Shown in pieces: positions 1-11,081 of a DNA stretch of 64,000 nt. Each line of letters opens with the position of its first letter. Position 1 is the stretch's first letter. This DNA is from an uncultured bacterium (GTDB lineage Bacteria > Fidelibacterota > Marinisomatia > Marinisomatales > TCS55), in contig CAZBEY010000001.1 in NCBI GenBank assembly GCA_964491015.1, positions 66,119 through 130,118 of the forward strand, in the 5' to 3' direction. The notes beneath the pieces were generated by a model that saw nothing but the letters and a program-made list of their open reading frames with translations, was not told the DNA's origin and ran no database searches. The translations under genes and the position numbers were made by a program.

Positions 1-258
1 GATGGCTAAATCACATGATTCCAGCCATTCATCATGTTTATGGGAGTCGTACGTTTCAAATATTTGATCTGTATTCAAATAATTAAATTCTGTCGGGAAA
101 TCAGAACAGTTGATAATTCTACATTCTTTCCCTTCTTCGAGTAAATGATAATACAAAGCGGACGAAGACCCCAATCCATCTCCATCAGGATTTTCGTGTG
201 ACGTCAACAATATCCGTGCTGCGCCGCTAATGAGTTCATTTACGTTTTTCCATTCCAT
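1..258 (-). CDS. DHH-family phosphoesterase, NrnA-like (first 86 codons only; the rest lies beyond the left edge)
   Basis: My own reverse-strand translation from the ATG at 258 gives MEWKNVNELISGAARILLTSHENPDGDGLGSSSALYYHLLEEGKECRIINC... The HxxPDGDxxGS stretch is the DHH-family signature. The gene is absent from the ORF track because no stop codon lies in the window. Confidence 0.75.
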   Translation of the reverse strand, partial: MEWKNVNELISGAARILLTSHENPDGDGLGSSSALYYHLLEEGKECRIINCSDFPTEFNYLNTDQIFETYDSHKHDEWLESCDLAI

Positions 259-537
259 AATTAATCCAATTTTTTGCAGTCAAGAATTTAGCCGATTTCA
301 GACTAATAATACACGTAGGAAAGTATTATCTGAAAATTAATGCCCAGTGTAAGATTATTGGTTTTTCCGCGTAGAGTATCTGGGGGAGTTTTTGGTTATA
401 AAACGTAATTATTTAAACCATAAAGTCAAATTTCGCATTAAAAATAATAACTTCACATTTTTATTCTGAAATACAAGCTTAATGAAAAACACTACTCAGT
501 CCATTCCTACATGGCGCCTTTGAATATTTAAATCGTA

Positions 538-1083
538 TTATAATTCACGCTTCCATTGTTTTTCATCAACACCGTCAGCCCGTTGAAGTTTCCTGGCTAA
601 TACAAAGAAAACATCTGATAGCCTGTTAAAATACATGATGCAATGATCTGAAACAGGTTCTGATTGGTGCAGCTGAATGAGTTTTCTTTCTGCTCTGCGC
701 GCCGAGGTCCTCGCTAAATGCATCCTGGATGAGGCATCAGTCCCGCCCGGTAATACAAATTCTTTTAATGGCGGCATTTCTTCAGTCCATTCCAAAACAC
801 TGCTTTCTAATTCTACAATGCGATTGACATCTACTGCCATCATTTCTTTTCCGGGAAGGGATAATTCTCCTCCAATGTTGAACAAATCCTGTTGGATACT
901 TTCCAAAAACGAAATGAAATATTTATCTTTTAGAGCTGTTTTCCCGAAACCAATAAATGAATTTAATTCATCAATCGCACCAAGGCATTGGACGCGGATG
1001 TCATCCTTCTGAACCCTGCTTCCATCACCCAATCCTGTTTCACCCCGGTCACCTGTTCGAGTCGTTACTTTTGAAATCCTCAT
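538..1083 (-). CDS. pduO: ATP:cob(I)alamin adenosyltransferase, PduO/MMAB type
   Basis: 181 aa. The N-terminus is KVTTRTGDRGETGL and the protein contains IDELNSFIG, both typical of PduO-type adenosyltransferases. Confidence 0.85.
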   Translation of the reverse strand: MRISKVTTRTGDRGETGLGDGSRVQKDDIRVQCLGAIDELNSFIGFGKTALKDKYFISFLESIQQDLFNIGGELSLPGKEMMAVDVNRIVELESSVLEWTEEMPPLKEFVLPGGTDASSRMHLARTSARRAERKLIQLHQSEPVSDHCIMYFNRLSDVFFVLARKLQRADGVDEKQWKREL

Positions 1084-2513
1084 AGGAAGAAAATATAGGT
1101 TACAATCATGTAAAGTGGAAATAAAATAGGCAATGAATATTTAATAAAATATCCAAAGAAACTGGGCATAACAACTCCTGAAGATTCCGCAATGGACTTT
1201 ACCATAAAATTGGGAGCGTTTCCGATATATGTATTGGCGCCCATGAAAACTGCCCCGGTTGAAATGGCCATCAATGTGTTATGTTGTGCAGTCATTAATG
1301 TAATAGGATCGCCACCTGCAGTGTTAAAAAATACCAGATAAGTCGGTGCATTATCAAGAAAACTGGATAATATACCGGTCAGCCAGAAATACATATAATT
1401 AACCGGTTGTCCATCATGCGAAACAGATTCAACAACAGAAGATAATGCCCCATGTGTCCCCGCTTTCAAAATAGCAATCGCAGGTATAATGGTCACAAAA
1501 ATCCCTGCAAAAAGCTTCGCTACTTCAATAATAGGAAACCATGTGTACTCATTGGCTTCACGAATAGTCTGCGACGTCATATTCCAGCTGATAACCGCTA
1601 AACATATCAAAAGGAAATCCCTCGCCAAATTCTGCAATTCTACATCGACATAAAACACGGTGAAATGAAGATTAGGGTGCCAAAAACCACTCATCAGAAC
1701 AGATAAAATAACGCCCAATAATAATAAAAGGTTATATTTTCCTTCCAACCCAATTTTATGGTTTTCCTCCGAGCCGGGTATCGGATATTCTTGATTATAA
1801 AAATAGGAATCCAGTAAATAATATATTCCTAATAAACATACAACCATAACCAGCATTGGCTTAATCATTGCAAAGGTCGTCCAAAAGAAGTCAACTCCTT
1901 TTAAAAACCCTAAAAACAGAGGGGGATCGCCCAGGGGCGTCAGTGACCCCCCAATATTTGCAACCAGAAAAATAAAGAAAACAATTGTATGTACTTTATG
2001 TTCTCTATCTGCATTTGCACGAATTAATGGGCGAATTAATAACATGGCCGCACCGGTAGTCCCCATCCAACTGGCAAAAGCGGTACCTGTAAGAATAATT
2101 AATAGATTGATAATTGGTTTTCCAACCAGGGAACCTGTCAAACGAACACCACCGGAAATCGTGAATAGCGCTAATAATAAAATGATAAATGGGATGTATT
2201 CCAACAATGATACATGAACTAATTCATAAATAGTTAAAGTAAAGCCTTCTTTTATCAGAAAAGGAATAATAAAACCAGCTGCCCAAAAAGCAGAGACTTT
2301 ACCAAAATGATGATGCCAAAATTTGGGGAAAATCAAAGGGAAAAGAGCTATGGACAGTAGTATTCCAATGAATGGTATCACCCAATATATAGATAATACG
2401 CTCCCATCAAAATGGGGTACGCCACTGTGTTTGGATTCAAATCCAAATACAGTATTTAATAATCCACCAAGAAAAATAAATATTTTAAGAATTTTGAATG
2501 GTATTGTTTTCAT
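1080..2513 (-). CDS. Polytopic ion transporter of the ArsB/NhaD superfamily, probable Na+/H+ antiporter
   Basis: 477 aa and highly hydrophobic. The FLDNAPTYLVF-type motif is characteristic of the ArsB/NhaD/citrate-transporter fold. The gene overlaps the pduO start by 4 nt. Confidence 0.55.
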   Translation of the reverse strand: MKTIPFKILKIFIFLGGLLNTVFGFESKHSGVPHFDGSVLSIYWVIPFIGILLSIALFPLIFPKFWHHHFGKVSAFWAAGFIIPFLIKEGFTLTIYELVHVSLLEYIPFIILLLALFTISGGVRLTGSLVGKPIINLLIILTGTAFASWMGTTGAAMLLIRPLIRANADREHKVHTIVFFIFLVANIGGSLTPLGDPPLFLGFLKGVDFFWTTFAMIKPMLVMVVCLLGIYYLLDSYFYNQEYPIPGSEENHKIGLEGKYNLLLLLGVILSVLMSGFWHPNLHFTVFYVDVELQNLARDFLLICLAVISWNMTSQTIREANEYTWFPIIEVAKLFAGIFVTIIPAIAILKAGTHGALSSVVESVSHDGQPVNYMYFWLTGILSSFLDNAPTYLVFFNTAGGDPITLMTAQHNTLMAISTGAVFMGANTYIGNAPNFMVKSIAESSGVVMPSFFGYFIKYSLPILFPLYMIVTYIFFL

Positions 2514-2604
2514 TGTTCGTCAAACGGCAAAAGTCCGATAGTATTATAATATTAAAGAGAAGTTTAACACGTTTAACTATAGTTAGGAAGAAAAAGTAAT
2601 TGTA

Positions 2605-2847
2605 TTGGAACTCAATTTAATAAACTGCGTAAATTTATGCATGGAAATTATCATCAGTATTACAGTAATTGCACTTGCGATATTAGCAATGGCTATTGGG
2701 GTCATTTTTAACAATAAACCTCTTAAGGGGTCTTGCGGCGGTGAGGGTGGAAAAATTGTGATTGACGGTGTTGAAATAACGTGCCCAACCTGTGGCGGAG
2801 ATACCGGGAAATGCCAATCTCGAAACCTCACTCCTGATCATTTATAA
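2605..2847 (+). CDS. nqrM: (Na+)-NQR maturation protein NqrM (DUF539)
   Basis: One N-terminal TM helix is followed by KGSCGG and a CPTCGG cysteine cluster, as in Vibrio NqrM. The real start is probably the ATG at 2641 (MEIIISITV...). The gene lies on the opposite strand to nqr/apbE, and its 3' end overlaps the apbE 3' end. Confidence 0.75.
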   Translation: MELNLINCVNLCMEIIISITVIALAILAMAIGVIFNNKPLKGSCGGEGGKIVIDGVEITCPTCGGDTGKCQSRNLTPDHL

Positions 2848-3880
2848 ATTTAAATCCAGAGCTCGTCACTTCTTCAAGTGAGCCATCATCATTCCGGATT
2901 ACCATCAGCGCTTCCGTTCCATCCAGGGATTCAATCAAATTTAATCCGTCGACCCTGCCCATAACCATTAGTGCTGTAGCCAAAGCATCTGCATCCATAC
3001 AATTATCAGTAATAACGGAAGCAGATGGTACAGTCGTAACGGGTTCACCATTCCGCGGGTCGATGACATGAGAAATAATCCTCTCATCAGATTTATGGAA
3101 ATTTCTATAATCACCGGAAGTGGCAATTGCCTGGTTATCCAAATCGACAATGCCCAATAAGCTCCGGTTCGTCTTATGCGGTGATTCAATCCCAATATTC
3201 CACACAGATCCATGACTATTTACGCCACTGCAATAAACTTCACCACCGATTTCCACCATATAATTTGATATATCTTTTTCTGTCAAATAAGATGCAATAA
3301 CATCAACGCCAAACCCTTTGGCAATGGCATTGACATCCAATTGAACATTCGGATTTAATTTTTGAATACATGATAAATGAAGTACTAATTGTTCATATCC
3401 TGAACGTCTGATAGCTGATTGTATTTCAAGGTTAGTTGGGTAAGAAGCAATGCCTCTAGGACCGAAACCCCAAGCTGTTGTTAATGGCAGGATAGTTATA
3501 TCAAAAGCGCCATTAGTCAGGTGTGTCCAATGAAATGCGCGCTTTACAACTTGATAAAATTCGGGTGAGATTTGAAATGGAATCGTTCCCAGGTAAGCGT
3601 TGAATTGATTGATCTCACTTCCGAGTATATACGTTGACATCTGTCTGTTAATATTGATCAGAATTGAATCAATGTCTTGTTGAATAATTTCTGAATCAAT
3701 TTTTTTTCCAGTAACAATCTTTATTGAATAAGTCGTTCCCATTGTATGACCGGATAGAGAAATTTCTGTCAATGAACGGGAACATCCGGCTATCCCCAAT
3801 AAGATAAAAAAGCCCAACAAAAGTCGGGCTTTAATCAATCTAATTTCAACCATTTCATTAACCAAAACTGTCGTAAGCAA
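2828..3880 (-). CDS. apbE: FAD:protein FMN transferase ApbE (lipoprotein)
   Basis: 350 aa with an LLGIAGCS lipobox and an ApbE-like body (TSGDYRNF, IDPRNG). It sits directly downstream of nqrF. An alternative start is the ATG at 3853. Confidence 0.85.
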   Translation of the reverse strand: MLTTVLVNEMVEIRLIKARLLLGFFILLGIAGCSRSLTEISLSGHTMGTTYSIKIVTGKKIDSEIIQQDIDSILININRQMSTYILGSEINQFNAYLGTIPFQISPEFYQVVKRAFHWTHLTNGAFDITILPLTTAWGFGPRGIASYPTNLEIQSAIRRSGYEQLVLHLSCIQKLNPNVQLDVNAIAKGFGVDVIASYLTEKDISNYMVEIGGEVYCSGVNSHGSVWNIGIESPHKTNRSLLGIVDLDNQAIATSGDYRNFHKSDERIISHVIDPRNGEPVTTVPSASVITDNCMDADALATALMVMGRVDGLNLIESLDGTEALMVIRNDDGSLEEVTSSGFKFINDQE

Positions 3881-5090
3881 TCATCTCTTTTTCGACGCCA
3901 ATTTCATATAGCATATTATCTACGGCTGCAATCATGGGTGGTGGTCCACACATATAATATTCAATTTCAGTTGGATCTTCATGATCTTTCAAATAATTAT
4001 CATGCAAAACCTGATGAATAAAACCCGTTGGTCCTTCCCAATTATCTTCAGGTAAAGGTTCAGATAACGCCACATTATAATTGAAGTTAGGAAACGATTC
4101 TGCTATTTTTTTGAATTCATCATCATAAAACATTTCACGCAGGCTTCGAGCGCCATACCAGAAGGATACTTTTCTACCGGTCTTTAACGTTTTAAACAGA
4201 TGATATAAATGTGATCTCATGGGAGCCATCCCAGCCCCACCGCCAATATAAACCATTTCACGATCAGAATCTTTGATAAAAAATTCACCATACGGTCCCG
4301 AAATAGTGACTTTATCACCGGGTTTTAAATTGAATATATATGAAGAGGCCAATCCCGGAGGCACATCATTCCATAGTTGAGGAGGCGGCGTGGCAATGCG
4401 AACATTTAGCATGACCCTGTTCCCCTCTGCGGGATGGTTTGCCATTGAATATGCACGACAAACATCCTCATTATTATTTGCTGTTAAATCCCAGATATTA
4501 TACTTGTCCCAGTCCGGATGATATTGATCCTCTACATCAAAATCTTTAAAAAGTAAGTTGTGGTATTCGGGAATATCAATCTGTATATAACCACCGGCGT
4601 GGAATTTTAACTCTTCACCTTCAGGCAATTCCATAACTAATTCTTTGATGAATGTAGCGACATTGTTGTTTGATTTGACAGTGCATTCCCATTTACGAAT
4701 ATTGAAAACCTCTTCCGGAACGCGAATTCTCAAATCTTCTTTTATTTTTAATTGACAAGCTAATCGCCAATGATCCTTGGCTTCATTACGACTGATATGC
4801 CCTGTTTCTGTCGGGAGAATTTTTCCGCCACCCTTCAAAACCTGACATTTGCACATCCCGCAGGTCCCGCCGCCGCCACATGCGGAAGGAAGAAAAATAT
4901 TTTCCCCAGATAGTGTTGACAATAATGTGGAGCCGGGTTTTGTTGTAATATCATTTCCATCATCACCATTAATATGTATGACAACCTCCCCTTGAGGTAG
5001 CAGTTTTGATTGAGCAAAATTTAAAAGAATAACCAAAAGTAAAATGACACCAGTAAATATAACAACCCCTGAAATAGCTGTGTAGATCAT
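3858..5090 (-). CDS. nqrF: Na+-translocating NADH:quinone oxidoreductase subunit F
   Basis: 410 aa. It has an N-terminal TM helix, a 2Fe-2S motif ([12 protein letters not shown]) and a FAD/NADH-binding C-terminal domain ([16 protein letters not shown]). Confidence 0.95.
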   Translation of the reverse strand: MIYTAISGVVIFTGVILLLVILLNFAQSKLLPQGEVVIHINGDDGNDITTKPGSTLLSTLSGENIFLPSACGGGGTCGMCKCQVLKGGGKILPTETGHISRNEAKDHWRLACQLKIKEDLRIRVPEEVFNIRKWECTVKSNNNVATFIKELVMELPEGEELKFHAGGYIQIDIPEYHNLLFKDFDVEDQYHPDWDKYNIWDLTANNNEDVCRAYSMANHPAEGNRVMLNVRIATPPPQLWNDVPPGLASSYIFNLKPGDKVTISGPYGEFFIKDSDREMVYIGGGAGMAPMRSHLYHLFKTLKTGRKVSFWYGARSLREMFYDDEFKKIAESFPNFNYNVALSEPLPEDNWEGPTGFIHQVLHDNYLKDHEDPTEIEYYMCGPPPMIAAVDNMLYEIGVEKEMIAYDSFG

Positions 5091-5698
5091 TATAAATTAA
5101 TCCCAGAAAAAGCCATGAACGCCATCGACAATAACCCGGTTAATAACATGGTAATTCCCAAACCTCTTAATTTTGGGGGTACATTAGAATACCGTAAACG
5201 ATGGCGGATGGCTGACATAGATGCAATCGCCAAGAACCACCCCAATCCTGATCCAAATCCAAATACTGTAGATTCCATAAATGTATACTCTCGCTCAACC
5301 AGGAATAATGAGCCACCAAGAATAGCGCAGTTTACAGCAATAAGCGGTAAAAAAATTCCAAGATTGTGATATAAGGTTGGTGAAAAACGATCCAGGATCA
5401 TTTCAACCAGCTGAACCATGGCAGCAATAACGGCAATGAATACAATAAAGTTCAAATAGCTTAAATCGATTTCCGGCAGCCCTGCCCACGCCAACGCTCC
5501 ATTCTGTAGAAAATAATGGTGTATCACCCAGTTCGCAGGAGCTGTGATCGTTAACACAAATGTGACCGCCATTCCCAAGCCGATGGATGTTTCTACCTTT
5601 TTGGAAATAGCAAGGAATGAACACATCCCCAGGAAATATGCCAGGAGTATGTTTTCGATAAATACTGCTTTGACTGCTAAACTAATATAATGTTCCAC
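5090..5698 (-). CDS. nqrE: Na+-NQR subunit E
   Basis: 202-aa polytopic membrane protein of the NqrE/RnfA family, in the canonical operon position. Confidence 0.9.
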   Translation of the reverse strand: MEHYISLAVKAVFIENILLAYFLGMCSFLAISKKVETSIGLGMAVTFVLTITAPANWVIHHYFLQNGALAWAGLPEIDLSYLNFIVFIAVIAAMVQLVEMILDRFSPTLYHNLGIFLPLIAVNCAILGGSLFLVEREYTFMESTVFGFGSGLGWFLAIASMSAIRHRLRYSNVPPKLRGLGITMLLTGLLSMAFMAFSGINL

Positions 5699-5702
5699 GA
5701 TG

Positions 5703-6329
5703 CTACTCTTCCTCTACATTCATAATGGTTCTTTGAAACCAAATGATTAATCCAAGTATAATGAAAGCTCCCGGTGACAAAACCATCAATCCATTATTTA
5801 TGTAACCGGATGCATAAAAAGAAGATGGAATAATTTGGAATCCGTAGAGCGATCCGCTCCCCAATATTTCTCTAAATATCGATACTGTCACCAGAATGAG
5901 TCCATAACCGAGACCGTTCCCTACACCATCCAAAAATGATCGCCATGGTTTATTTTGCATGGCAAATGCTTCCGCGCGGCCCATCACGATGCAATTGGTA
6001 ATAATTAAACCGACAAAAACCGACAGCTGTTTACTCATATCATACATATAGGCTCTCAATACCTGATCGGTTAAAATAACTAAAGAAGCAATAATAGTGA
6101 GCATGACGATAATCCGAACACGAGTGGGGATTAATTTTCTCAACATAGAGATAATTGAATTCGACATACTTAAAACAAAAACCAAAGCGAGAGACATCAC
6201 CACTGCCGTATCTACTTTGACGGTGACAGCCAATGCTGAACATATTCCCAATATCTGAATGGTAATGGGATTATTATTCATTAAAGGATCTGCCAGGACA
6301 GCTTTGGATTTATTACTTAAAAGTGCCAT
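5703..6329 (-). CDS. nqrD: Na+-NQR subunit D
   Basis: 208-aa polytopic membrane protein of the NqrD/RnfE family, in the canonical operon position. Confidence 0.9.
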   Translation of the reverse strand: MALLSNKSKAVLADPLMNNNPITIQILGICSALAVTVKVDTAVVMSLALVFVLSMSNSIISMLRKLIPTRVRIIVMLTIIASLVILTDQVLRAYMYDMSKQLSVFVGLIITNCIVMGRAEAFAMQNKPWRSFLDGVGNGLGYGLILVTVSIFREILGSGSLYGFQIIPSSFYASGYINNGLMVLSPGAFIILGLIIWFQRTIMNVEEE

Positions 6330-6331
6330 AA

Positions 6332-7042
6332 TTAGTTATCTTTTTTGCGAATTCGTCGAAAGAAAGTTTCGTATTTCCGGAGGTCTGTCTTCAAAAATGC
6401 CGTCACACCTTTTCCTGTCATCGTAGCACCGGATATACCGTCGACTTGATGAAAGGATTCCTGAGAGGTATTATCAACATTTCCCTTGACGATTTGAATA
6501 CTGACTAATGCTCCCTCGTCGTTAATGATTCTTTTCCCTATAAAGTTTTTTGTAAACCATTCTTTTTCAACTTCACCGCCAAGACCGGGCGTTTCACCAT
6601 GTTTGTAGAAGGTAATCCCTTTGACCGTTATACCATCTGATTCAAGGGCAATATATCCATATAAAGTAGACCATAACCCTTTTCCGGAAATGGGAACAGA
6701 ATACCCATCAATGCCATATCCTGGTATATGCTTACAGTACACGGGGTATTGATCAATGTCGATAATATTTTCAACACTGACATCCGAAAGCCTATTCCCT
6801 TTGCTGTCTACAACAAATCCTTCAACATTTTTCTCAAAAATCTCTTGTATAGTTTGTTGGGTCCAAGGTTCATCTTTTGTTTCGGTAAATCCCAACGAAC
6901 GTAATATATTTTTCTTAATATCGATGGCAACATTCAAATCTTGTTTTTCCTTCAGAGACGTCGCTGCCAATGATAGCAAAATTCCCAAAATAATGGTTAC
7001 AATTGCTGTGAATACTAAGGTATAGGTATTACTCTGCTGCAT
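6332..7042 (-). CDS. nqrC: Na+-NQR subunit C
   Basis: 236 aa with a single N-terminal TM helix and an FMN attachment site ([12 protein letters not shown]). Confidence 0.9.
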   Translation of the reverse strand: MQQSNTYTLVFTAIVTIILGILLSLAATSLKEKQDLNVAIDIKKNILRSLGFTETKDEPWTQQTIQEIFEKNVEGFVVDSKGNRLSDVSVENIIDIDQYPVYCKHIPGYGIDGYSVPISGKGLWSTLYGYIALESDGITVKGITFYKHGETPGLGGEVEKEWFTKNFIGKRIINDEGALVSIQIVKGNVDNTSQESFHQVDGISGATMTGKGVTAFLKTDLRKYETFFRRIRKKDN

Positions 7043-8195
7043 ATCTCTTTAACCGTCGTTTAATATTCCCTCGAACAATATAGTAATCAATCAATGGAGC
7101 GAAAGCATTCATGAGTAATATTGCCAGCATGGTTCCTTCCGGATACGCCGGATTCATGGTTCGAATAATTACCGTTAGGAAGCCAATCATCATACCGTAA
7201 ATCCATCTTCCTTTGTCTGTATGAGCTCCGGTGACCGGTTCAGTAGCCATAAAGGCAACTCCAAATAAAAAACCACCCATCACCAAATGGTAATGGGCGG
7301 GCAAGGTAAGCATTGTATTTGAAGAATAAGGCGCCATAATATTGGTGAACACGGCAGTACCGAATAAACCAATCAAAGCGCCAACAATGACCCGCCAATT
7401 AACAATTCCAACATAAATAAGAAATAAAGCGCCAAGGATAATCAGGAATTTATTTGTCTCGCCTATTGAACCGGGAATATTTCCCCAGAACATATTGGAC
7501 CATGAAAAATCAAATTGTGTAATATTCGATAATAAGTCTACTGCATTTCCGTTTTCAACAGCAGCAGGAACGGATAATGCTGTTGCTCCTGAAATTCCAT
7601 CGACATTAATCCAAACCTTATCTCCGGATATTTGACCCGGGTAAGCGAAAAAGATAAACGCTCTTGCTACTAATGCCGGATTAAATATATTCATACCGAC
7701 GCCACCAAAAATTTCTTTGCCAATCACCACACCAAATGATGTCGCAACTGCAACTTGCCACAATGGAATAGTGGGAGGCATAATTAATGGAATCAGTACC
7801 CATGTGACCAAGAATCCCTCATTAATAGGATGTTTACGAATAACAGCGAATAAGATTTCCCAAAATCCTCCAGCGATGAATGCTGTCAGCAGAATGGGGA
7901 GAATAGAACTCATTCCTATCCAAAAATTTTCCATAACAGACCGATCTGTACCCGCTGCCTGAAAGCCAATATTGATAGCACCAAAAATATATAATGGAAG
8001 AAGAGCGATCACCACAAGGATCATAACACGTTTGTTATCAATACTATCACGGATATGGGGTCCTGACTCTGTTTTTTCATTGGTCGAGAACAAGATAGTG
8101 TCAGTTGCATCATAAACAGGATGTAATTTTTCTAATAACCCTCCTTTTGTAAAAACAGGCTCTATTTTATCAAGAATCGAACGAATGATTTTCAT
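7029..8195 (-). CDS. nqrB: Na+-NQR subunit B
   Basis: 388-aa polytopic protein with an FMN attachment motif (DGISGATALS), of the NqrB/RnfD family. Confidence 0.9.
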   Translation of the reverse strand: MKIIRSILDKIEPVFTKGGLLEKLHPVYDATDTILFSTNEKTESGPHIRDSIDNKRVMILVVIALLPLYIFGAINIGFQAAGTDRSVMENFWIGMSSILPILLTAFIAGGFWEILFAVIRKHPINEGFLVTWVLIPLIMPPTIPLWQVAVATSFGVVIGKEIFGGVGMNIFNPALVARAFIFFAYPGQISGDKVWINVDGISGATALSVPAAVENGNAVDLLSNITQFDFSWSNMFWGNIPGSIGETNKFLIILGALFLIYVGIVNWRVIVGALIGLFGTAVFTNIMAPYSSNTMLTLPAHYHLVMGGFLFGVAFMATEPVTGAHTDKGRWIYGMMIGFLTVIIRTMNPAYPEGTMLAILLMNAFAPLIDYYIVRGNIKRRLKRYAAE

Positions 8196-8197
8196 TA

Positions 8198-9550
8198 TTA
8201 TCCTTCTGCCTCTAAAACATCCAACCCACGACGAATCACTGTCCCGATGTCTATTTTGCTCGCATCAGCAAAGGAGCATAAGGCAAAATCTTCTTCATCA
8301 CATTCGAGTAATCCAAGTTGCTCCATTTCTTCAATATCATTGGCTAAAATGGAACGAAATAGAGGATTGGGTAAAATATCCATCGGTAACACTTTTTCCC
8401 AAGAATTGATTGGAACCATGGCGCGCTCTTCACCGTTTTTATTTGTATTAAATGGATATAGTGACCGTCCAATTGAGTTAAATGCATTGGTTAAACTGTA
8501 TCGACTTTTACCGGATCCAAGGCGTAACATACCTAAAAACTCACGATCATCGGATTCAGGCAACACAGTTACACTTGTATGATAAAAATAAACATGGTCG
8601 ATTTTATCAATACATTTTCCAGTCAGGACGTCTCCGGAAATGAACCGGTTTTTCCCATCAATTATTCTTTCATTTATCAATGGTTGGATGGCTGTTCCCA
8701 TCCTTGTTTTCAAATGGGTGGGTTTGTTAACGGCGGGACCCCCAATCGTCATGACAATGCTGGGATCAAATACACCTTTCAAAAACAATCGTCCTAATGT
8801 AATTACATGTTGCGCATTGACTGTCCATATAATTTTACCGGGTTTTAGTGGATCAATGTGATGAATTTGAATTCCTACATTACCGGCAGGATGAGGTCCG
8901 GATATGGAATGAATTTTTGCCCGGGGTACATCCATTAAGGTCTCGGAAATTGAATTTTCGGCGACTCCGATATGAATATCGCCTTTCGTTAACCGTGACA
9001 ATGCCGCCACACCGGTATTAAAGGACGATTCTTTATTTTGCAAAGCAACATCAATATCTACTGTTAATGGCGCCGAATTAAAACAGGATATGAAAATTGA
9101 ATGGGGTTCCTCCTCCGGATTAGCTATTTTATTAAAGGGACGCTGGCGAATTATCGGCCACAAACCGGCGTTCAGAATCTGTTCACTAATTTTTTCTTTT
9201 GAGGATTCAAGAATTTGTTTGGGGTCGAGAATCGGAAATTCGACCGATTCTTCATTTTGACTAAGCTCAATGATTATTTTTTCTATCACTCGGCGGGCCC
9301 CATAATGAATTTCGGTAATTTCTCCCGCTCCGGGGGATGCCCATTTAACCAAAGGATTGCGTTTATCATTAAAGAGCGGAGCACCAACCTTTACATGCTC
9401 TCCCTTCTTTACCATTAATTTTGGTTTAACGTATTGAAATTCAGATGGATGAATCGCAGCTGTTTGCGGTTTTACGGATATTTCCAAATCCCTTTTGGGA
9501 ACACCGGCAATCTGAATATCATGACCTTTTTGTATCTTTATTTGTGACAT
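8198..9550 (-). CDS. nqrA: Na+-NQR subunit A
   Basis: 450-aa soluble protein. The N-terminus (IKIQKGHDIQIAGVP) is typical of NqrA, and it is the first gene of the nqr block. Confidence 0.9.
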   Translation of the reverse strand: MSQIKIQKGHDIQIAGVPKRDLEISVKPQTAAIHPSEFQYVKPKLMVKKGEHVKVGAPLFNDKRNPLVKWASPGAGEITEIHYGARRVIEKIIIELSQNEESVEFPILDPKQILESSKEKISEQILNAGLWPIIRQRPFNKIANPEEEPHSIFISCFNSAPLTVDIDVALQNKESSFNTGVAALSRLTKGDIHIGVAENSISETLMDVPRAKIHSISGPHPAGNVGIQIHHIDPLKPGKIIWTVNAQHVITLGRLFLKGVFDPSIVMTIGGPAVNKPTHLKTRMGTAIQPLINERIIDGKNRFISGDVLTGKCIDKIDHVYFYHTSVTVLPESDDREFLGMLRLGSGKSRYSLTNAFNSIGRSLYPFNTNKNGEERAMVPINSWEKVLPMDILPNPLFRSILANDIEEMEQLGLLECDEEDFALCSFADASKIDIGTVIRRGLDVLEAEG

Positions 9551-9581
9551 TTCCTTACTATTTATCTAAAAGAATTTACTG

Positions 9582-11075
9582 TTAAACTATCCTGATTAAT
9601 AATTCTAAAGAATGGGAAACCCAATCAGCAATGGGCGCCCAGTAAATCCCAAAGAATACCGTTGGAATTGCCAAAATGAGTAAAATTACCATGACAGAAA
9701 ACGATGGAACCTGGATTGTTTCAGTAGGTTCCCCTTCCAGAAACATCACCTTTACGACTCTAAAATAATAATACAGAGATATGACGCTATTAATTGCTCC
9801 AACAATGGCGAGCCAATACATTTGCGGACCGACTTTAATCACGGATGCGAAGAGATAAAATTTTCCGATAAAACCGGCTGTGGGCGGAATACCTGTTAGT
9901 GACAGCATAAATACAGTCATAACTATTCCGACAATTGGCGTCTTCCAGCCCAATCCGCGAAAATCATCCAGTGATTCCCCGCCTCCTTGGGATTTTATAT
10001 AAATCACGATAAAAAAGGCACCCAGGTTCATGAATATATACATGACTAAATAGAGCATAATTGCATACACGCCCTGGGATGACGAGGTGGGAAGAGCCAT
10101 GAGCATATATCCTGCATGAGCGATGCTGGAATAGGCCAGCATGCGCTTAATGTTGCTTTGCTGTAGAGCAACCAGATTCCCCAACGTCATGGTAATCACG
10201 GAAAGGACCGCCAGTATTTGCGGCCATGGAATGTCTGTGAATGTAGAAAGGGATGGATCAATAAAAGCGCCACTATCCCCAAAAACAGTATTAAAAAATC
10301 GTATGATTACTGCAAAACCCACCGCTTTAGGAGCGACGGATAAGTAAGCAGTAATAGATGTGGGTGCGCCTTCATACACATCCGGCGTCCAAAAATGAAA
10401 CGGAACAGCAGATATTTTATATCCAAAACCTGCAAGAATAAAAATGGCTGCAAGGGTAAATGCAACATTTGCTGTTCCTTCTAAATTCCACATTGCTTCC
10501 TGGATAGCAAAATATTTGGTAGAACCGGCCAGACCGAAAATAATACTCATTCCGAATAACATGATCCCTGACGAAAAAGCACCATAAATAACATATTTCA
10601 AGGCTGCCTCATTAGAACGAAGATCCCCTTTCAAATAACCGGCTAAAATGAAAGAAACAATGGATACAATTTCAATGGCTAAATAGAGCATGATTAGATC
10701 AATAGCAGACGCCATTAGAAACATGCCAAAAACCATAATAGCCATGAGTGAATAATATTCTCCGGTGCGATGACCATCGAGTTCGTTCGTTTTTTGAGAA
10801 ATAAAGATAACCAAAACTGTTGACAAAACCATCAGTGTTTTGAAGAATGATGCAAAAGGATCAAATGCCAAATTTCCCATAAACAGTGCTGTGACAATCT
10901 CGTTATTCTGGGAATAGATTGCAATTTGAGTCAAGATCAATCCACCTAGAACCCAGAAGGCTGTTTTACCGGATTCTTTATCGGAATAAAATAAATCGGC
11001 TATTATCGCAACCAATACAGTGATGGTCAGAATGATTTCCGGCCTGTAAAAAGATAAGCTTTGTAGGTTATTCAT
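9582..11075 (-). CDS. nuoN: NADH-quinone oxidoreductase subunit N
   Basis: 497-aa Mrp-antiporter-like membrane subunit, last gene of the nuo string. Confidence 0.9.
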   Translation of the reverse strand: MNNLQSLSFYRPEIILTITVLVAIIADLFYSDKESGKTAFWVLGGLILTQIAIYSQNNEIVTALFMGNLAFDPFASFFKTLMVLSTVLVIFISQKTNELDGHRTGEYYSLMAIMVFGMFLMASAIDLIMLYLAIEIVSIVSFILAGYLKGDLRSNEAALKYVIYGAFSSGIMLFGMSIIFGLAGSTKYFAIQEAMWNLEGTANVAFTLAAIFILAGFGYKISAVPFHFWTPDVYEGAPTSITAYLSVAPKAVGFAVIIRFFNTVFGDSGAFIDPSLSTFTDIPWPQILAVLSVITMTLGNLVALQQSNIKRMLAYSSIAHAGYMLMALPTSSSQGVYAIMLYLVMYIFMNLGAFFIVIYIKSQGGGESLDDFRGLGWKTPIVGIVMTVFMLSLTGIPPTAGFIGKFYLFASVIKVGPQMYWLAIVGAINSVISLYYYFRVVKVMFLEGEPTETIQVPSFSVMVILLILAIPTVFFGIYWAPIADWVSHSLELLIRIV

Positions 11076-11081
11076 AATCGA

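Noticed and set aside
2583-2831. An 82-aa minus-strand ORF overlapping the NqrM-like ORF
   Set aside because: The product is Pro/Ser-rich and of low complexity with no recognisable motif. The plus-strand frame carries the NqrM hallmarks (TM helix, GSCGG, CxxC).
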